DNA of 64,000 nucleotides from Xylographa opegraphella (Eukaryota): NCBI GenBank assembly GCA_022813865.1, contig JALDZX010000032.1, positions 124,001 to 188,000 of the forward strand, read 5' to 3'. Shown piece by piece: positions 63,371 to 64,000 of this stretch (position 1 is its first letter; each line of letters starts with the position of its first letter). The notes under the pieces were generated by a model. It saw only the letters and a program-made list of their open reading frames with translations, ran no database searches and was not told where the DNA came from. The position numbers and the translations under genes were made by a program.

Positions 63371-64000
63371 ATGAATGCTCTACAGATTCGCAACCTCAAC
63401 TACACTTGCGGAGGCACTCTTAAGATCAGCATGCAAGAATTAAGAAATGATCCGAACTCTTCTTCTGCCAACCAAGCTGCAACGCACCCGCCGATTGTAA
63501 TTCGTTGGGACTGTGAGAATGGTACCCACAAGACTCAATTCCCTGCCCCCATCAACACCAATGAGAACAACACCGATGATCCACTGTGCTCCACTACTAC
63601 AGACCTCGTTGAGGAATGCACACCAACTACATTCGGATCTGCCGGTGAAGATGCTATAAATGAGCCATACTGGAAGGCAGTGGAGTTAGACAGTACGCGA
63701 TTCTCAACCAATTTCAGCCCTCACGACAGCGGTATCATAGCTGCGATCTCCCAAGTGTTGCTTCCGAGCTTCGTTAGACCCGGACAACCGCCACGCGGCT
63801 TCTGTCCGCAGCCTGATCTACGAACAGGCTATGCCTGTGTAGATCATTCAAGCCTTTCTGCCGAGCTTGACAAGTTCAATATCAATCCGGCGCCGTCTGG
63901 CAAGTGCAGAGCCCGGGTGGACACATTAAAGGGGCGGAATCAGTTTGGATTGCTCGTTGTTTGTTTGCCCTCCGCCCATCAAGGTAATGACTTATAAAAC
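63371..64000 (+). CDS. 2OG-Fe(II) oxygenase-like protein, probably degenerate; likely continues past the window through an intron
   Basis: TTFGSAGED..YWKAVELD..FSTNFSPHDSGII..ISQVLLP..AELDKFNI..SGKCRARVDT..QFGLLVVCLP matches a common fungal Fe2OG family, but HxD is changed to RxD. Confidence 0.65.

Overview
Eukaryotic (fungal) genomic DNA from a filamentous ascomycete (Pezizomycotina, Eurotiomycete-like by protein similarity; inference). Genes have short GT..AG introns with CTRAC/CTAAT branch sites. About 25 protein-coding loci can be supported. Most are housekeeping genes: CWH41 glucosidase I (runs off the left edge), MSO1, formate dehydrogenase, MMTAG2-like, ribokinase, cyclase family, snRNP27, ASX-homology protein, SEC22, SLD7-like, MAK16, MSS1, PRE5, LOG, CLPTM1, VPS55, mitochondrial LeuRS and an MFS transporter. 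The window also holds one intron-containing tRNA-Arg(CCG), a 207-bp TA-flanked MITE and several decayed genes. The most interesting items are: (1) a 923-aa uncharacterised ORF with a complete, correctly ordered Cys/His/Asp set resembling a highly divergent USP-fold protease; (2) a head-to-head accessory module of a helical-N-domain kinase, a small Tudor-like protein and a HeLo-like/ankyrin/TM protein, possibly immunity- or cell-death-related; (3) two in-frame alternative 5' donors in FDH that would switch between mitochondrial and cytosolic isoforms; (4) a repeat protein alternating FGGRGGY and HRAQTFAEYEAEH modules; (5) a +1 frameshift in a secreted FAD oxidase. All family calls come from recognising motifs by eye; no searches were run.
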